Source: Thermoproteota archaeon
Lineage (GTDB): Archaea; Korarchaeota; Korarchaeia; B14-G2
Assembly (NCBI GenBank): GCA_037917675.1
Contig: JAVCBW010000052.1
Span: 1-16,577 of the forward strand
Reading direction: 5' to 3'
DNA length: 16,577 bases
Shown here: positions 16,150 through 16,577 of the stretch, in pieces
How the letters are laid out: every line of letters begins with the position of its first letter
Numbering within the stretch: position 1 is the stretch's first letter
Made by a program: the position numbers and the translations under genes
The notes under the pieces: model-generated
Told to the model about the DNA's origin: nothing
The model's database searches: none
Seen by the model: the letters and a program-made list of their open reading frames with translations, nothing else

Positions 16150-16577
16150 CAGCATGATGCAAGCAAAAACATAAGAGTTATAGGAACATGAAAGAATACT
16201 TCTCAAATACATGTAGTACAATGCAAAACACCATAGATACCGCCTCATACAGCCAGAGTGCAAAAATAGCGTATACACAAAACAGAAATTTCGACGAGCC
16301 AAAACACTCAAATAACACATAAATGAAGAGATAACATACATGAAAACCAAGATTTGAAGAGACTTATAAATTACAGCAATACCATATAATATGAAGAGGT
16401 GATTCAGCAGCAAAAGGAGAAAGCAGACAGCTATATGCTAGCTAACAAAGCTAAAAATGCATATAATCCATGTATTTAAAAATCAACAAGCTAAATGAGC
16501 TATTCATATCCACCAGCGACACACTACCATACCCCGTTTACTTATAAACAAAAGCATTACTCAACAGACACCAAAAC
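16150..16577 (+). promoter_or_regulatory. AT-rich non-coding tract, candidate CRISPR leader
   Basis: Sharp drop in GC and no credible ORF. TATA-like CTTATAAA at 16541-16548, 29 nt before the sequence ends, directly downstream of a cas operon. Confidence 0.5.

Noticed and set aside
16147-16413. 88-aa hydrophobic minus-strand ORF as a membrane effector
   Set aside because: Its Phe/Tyr/Cys/Ile richness follows from the T-rich strand of the leader-like tract, and its codon use does not resemble the real genes.
1-16577. CRISPR repeat-spacer array or cas1/cas2/cas4 adaptation genes
   Set aside because: I saw no regularly spaced 24-40 bp repeats and no Cas1, Cas2 or Cas4 motifs in any ORF.

Overview
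This window looks archaeal, probably a thermophilic Thermoproteota-like lineage. That is an inference from GGTGA/GGAGG ribosome-binding sites, TATA-like promoters, AGG/AGA/ATA/CTA-rich codon use and frequent TTG starts. It holds a type III CRISPR-Cas locus of the Sulfolobus-like III-D (Csm/Csx10) architecture. From left to right it contains: a metal-ABC-transporter binding protein with a candidate metalloregulator operator; a Cys-rich hypothetical gene; cas6; a CARF-HEPN effector (Csx1/Csm6-like); a reverse-strand cluster of three more CARF genes plus a truncated probable PIN-protein gene; and the effector operon cas10-cas7-csx10-(small helical ORF)-cas11-cas7-cas7-cas7-csx19-like. The window ends in an AT-rich leader-like tract. 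No cas1/cas2 genes and no CRISPR repeats are visible. The most notable observations are: (1) a perfect 33-bp inverted copy of an internal csx1 segment that replaces the 3' end of the truncated gene and sits beside twin TTATAA boxes; (2) Cas10 with EGDD instead of GGDD; (3) a frameshifted Crn1/APE2256-like CARF gene with a hydrophobic C-terminal tail; (4) three separate in-frame tandem duplications in one Cas7 gene; and (5) several single-base frame anomalies or possible CTG starts.
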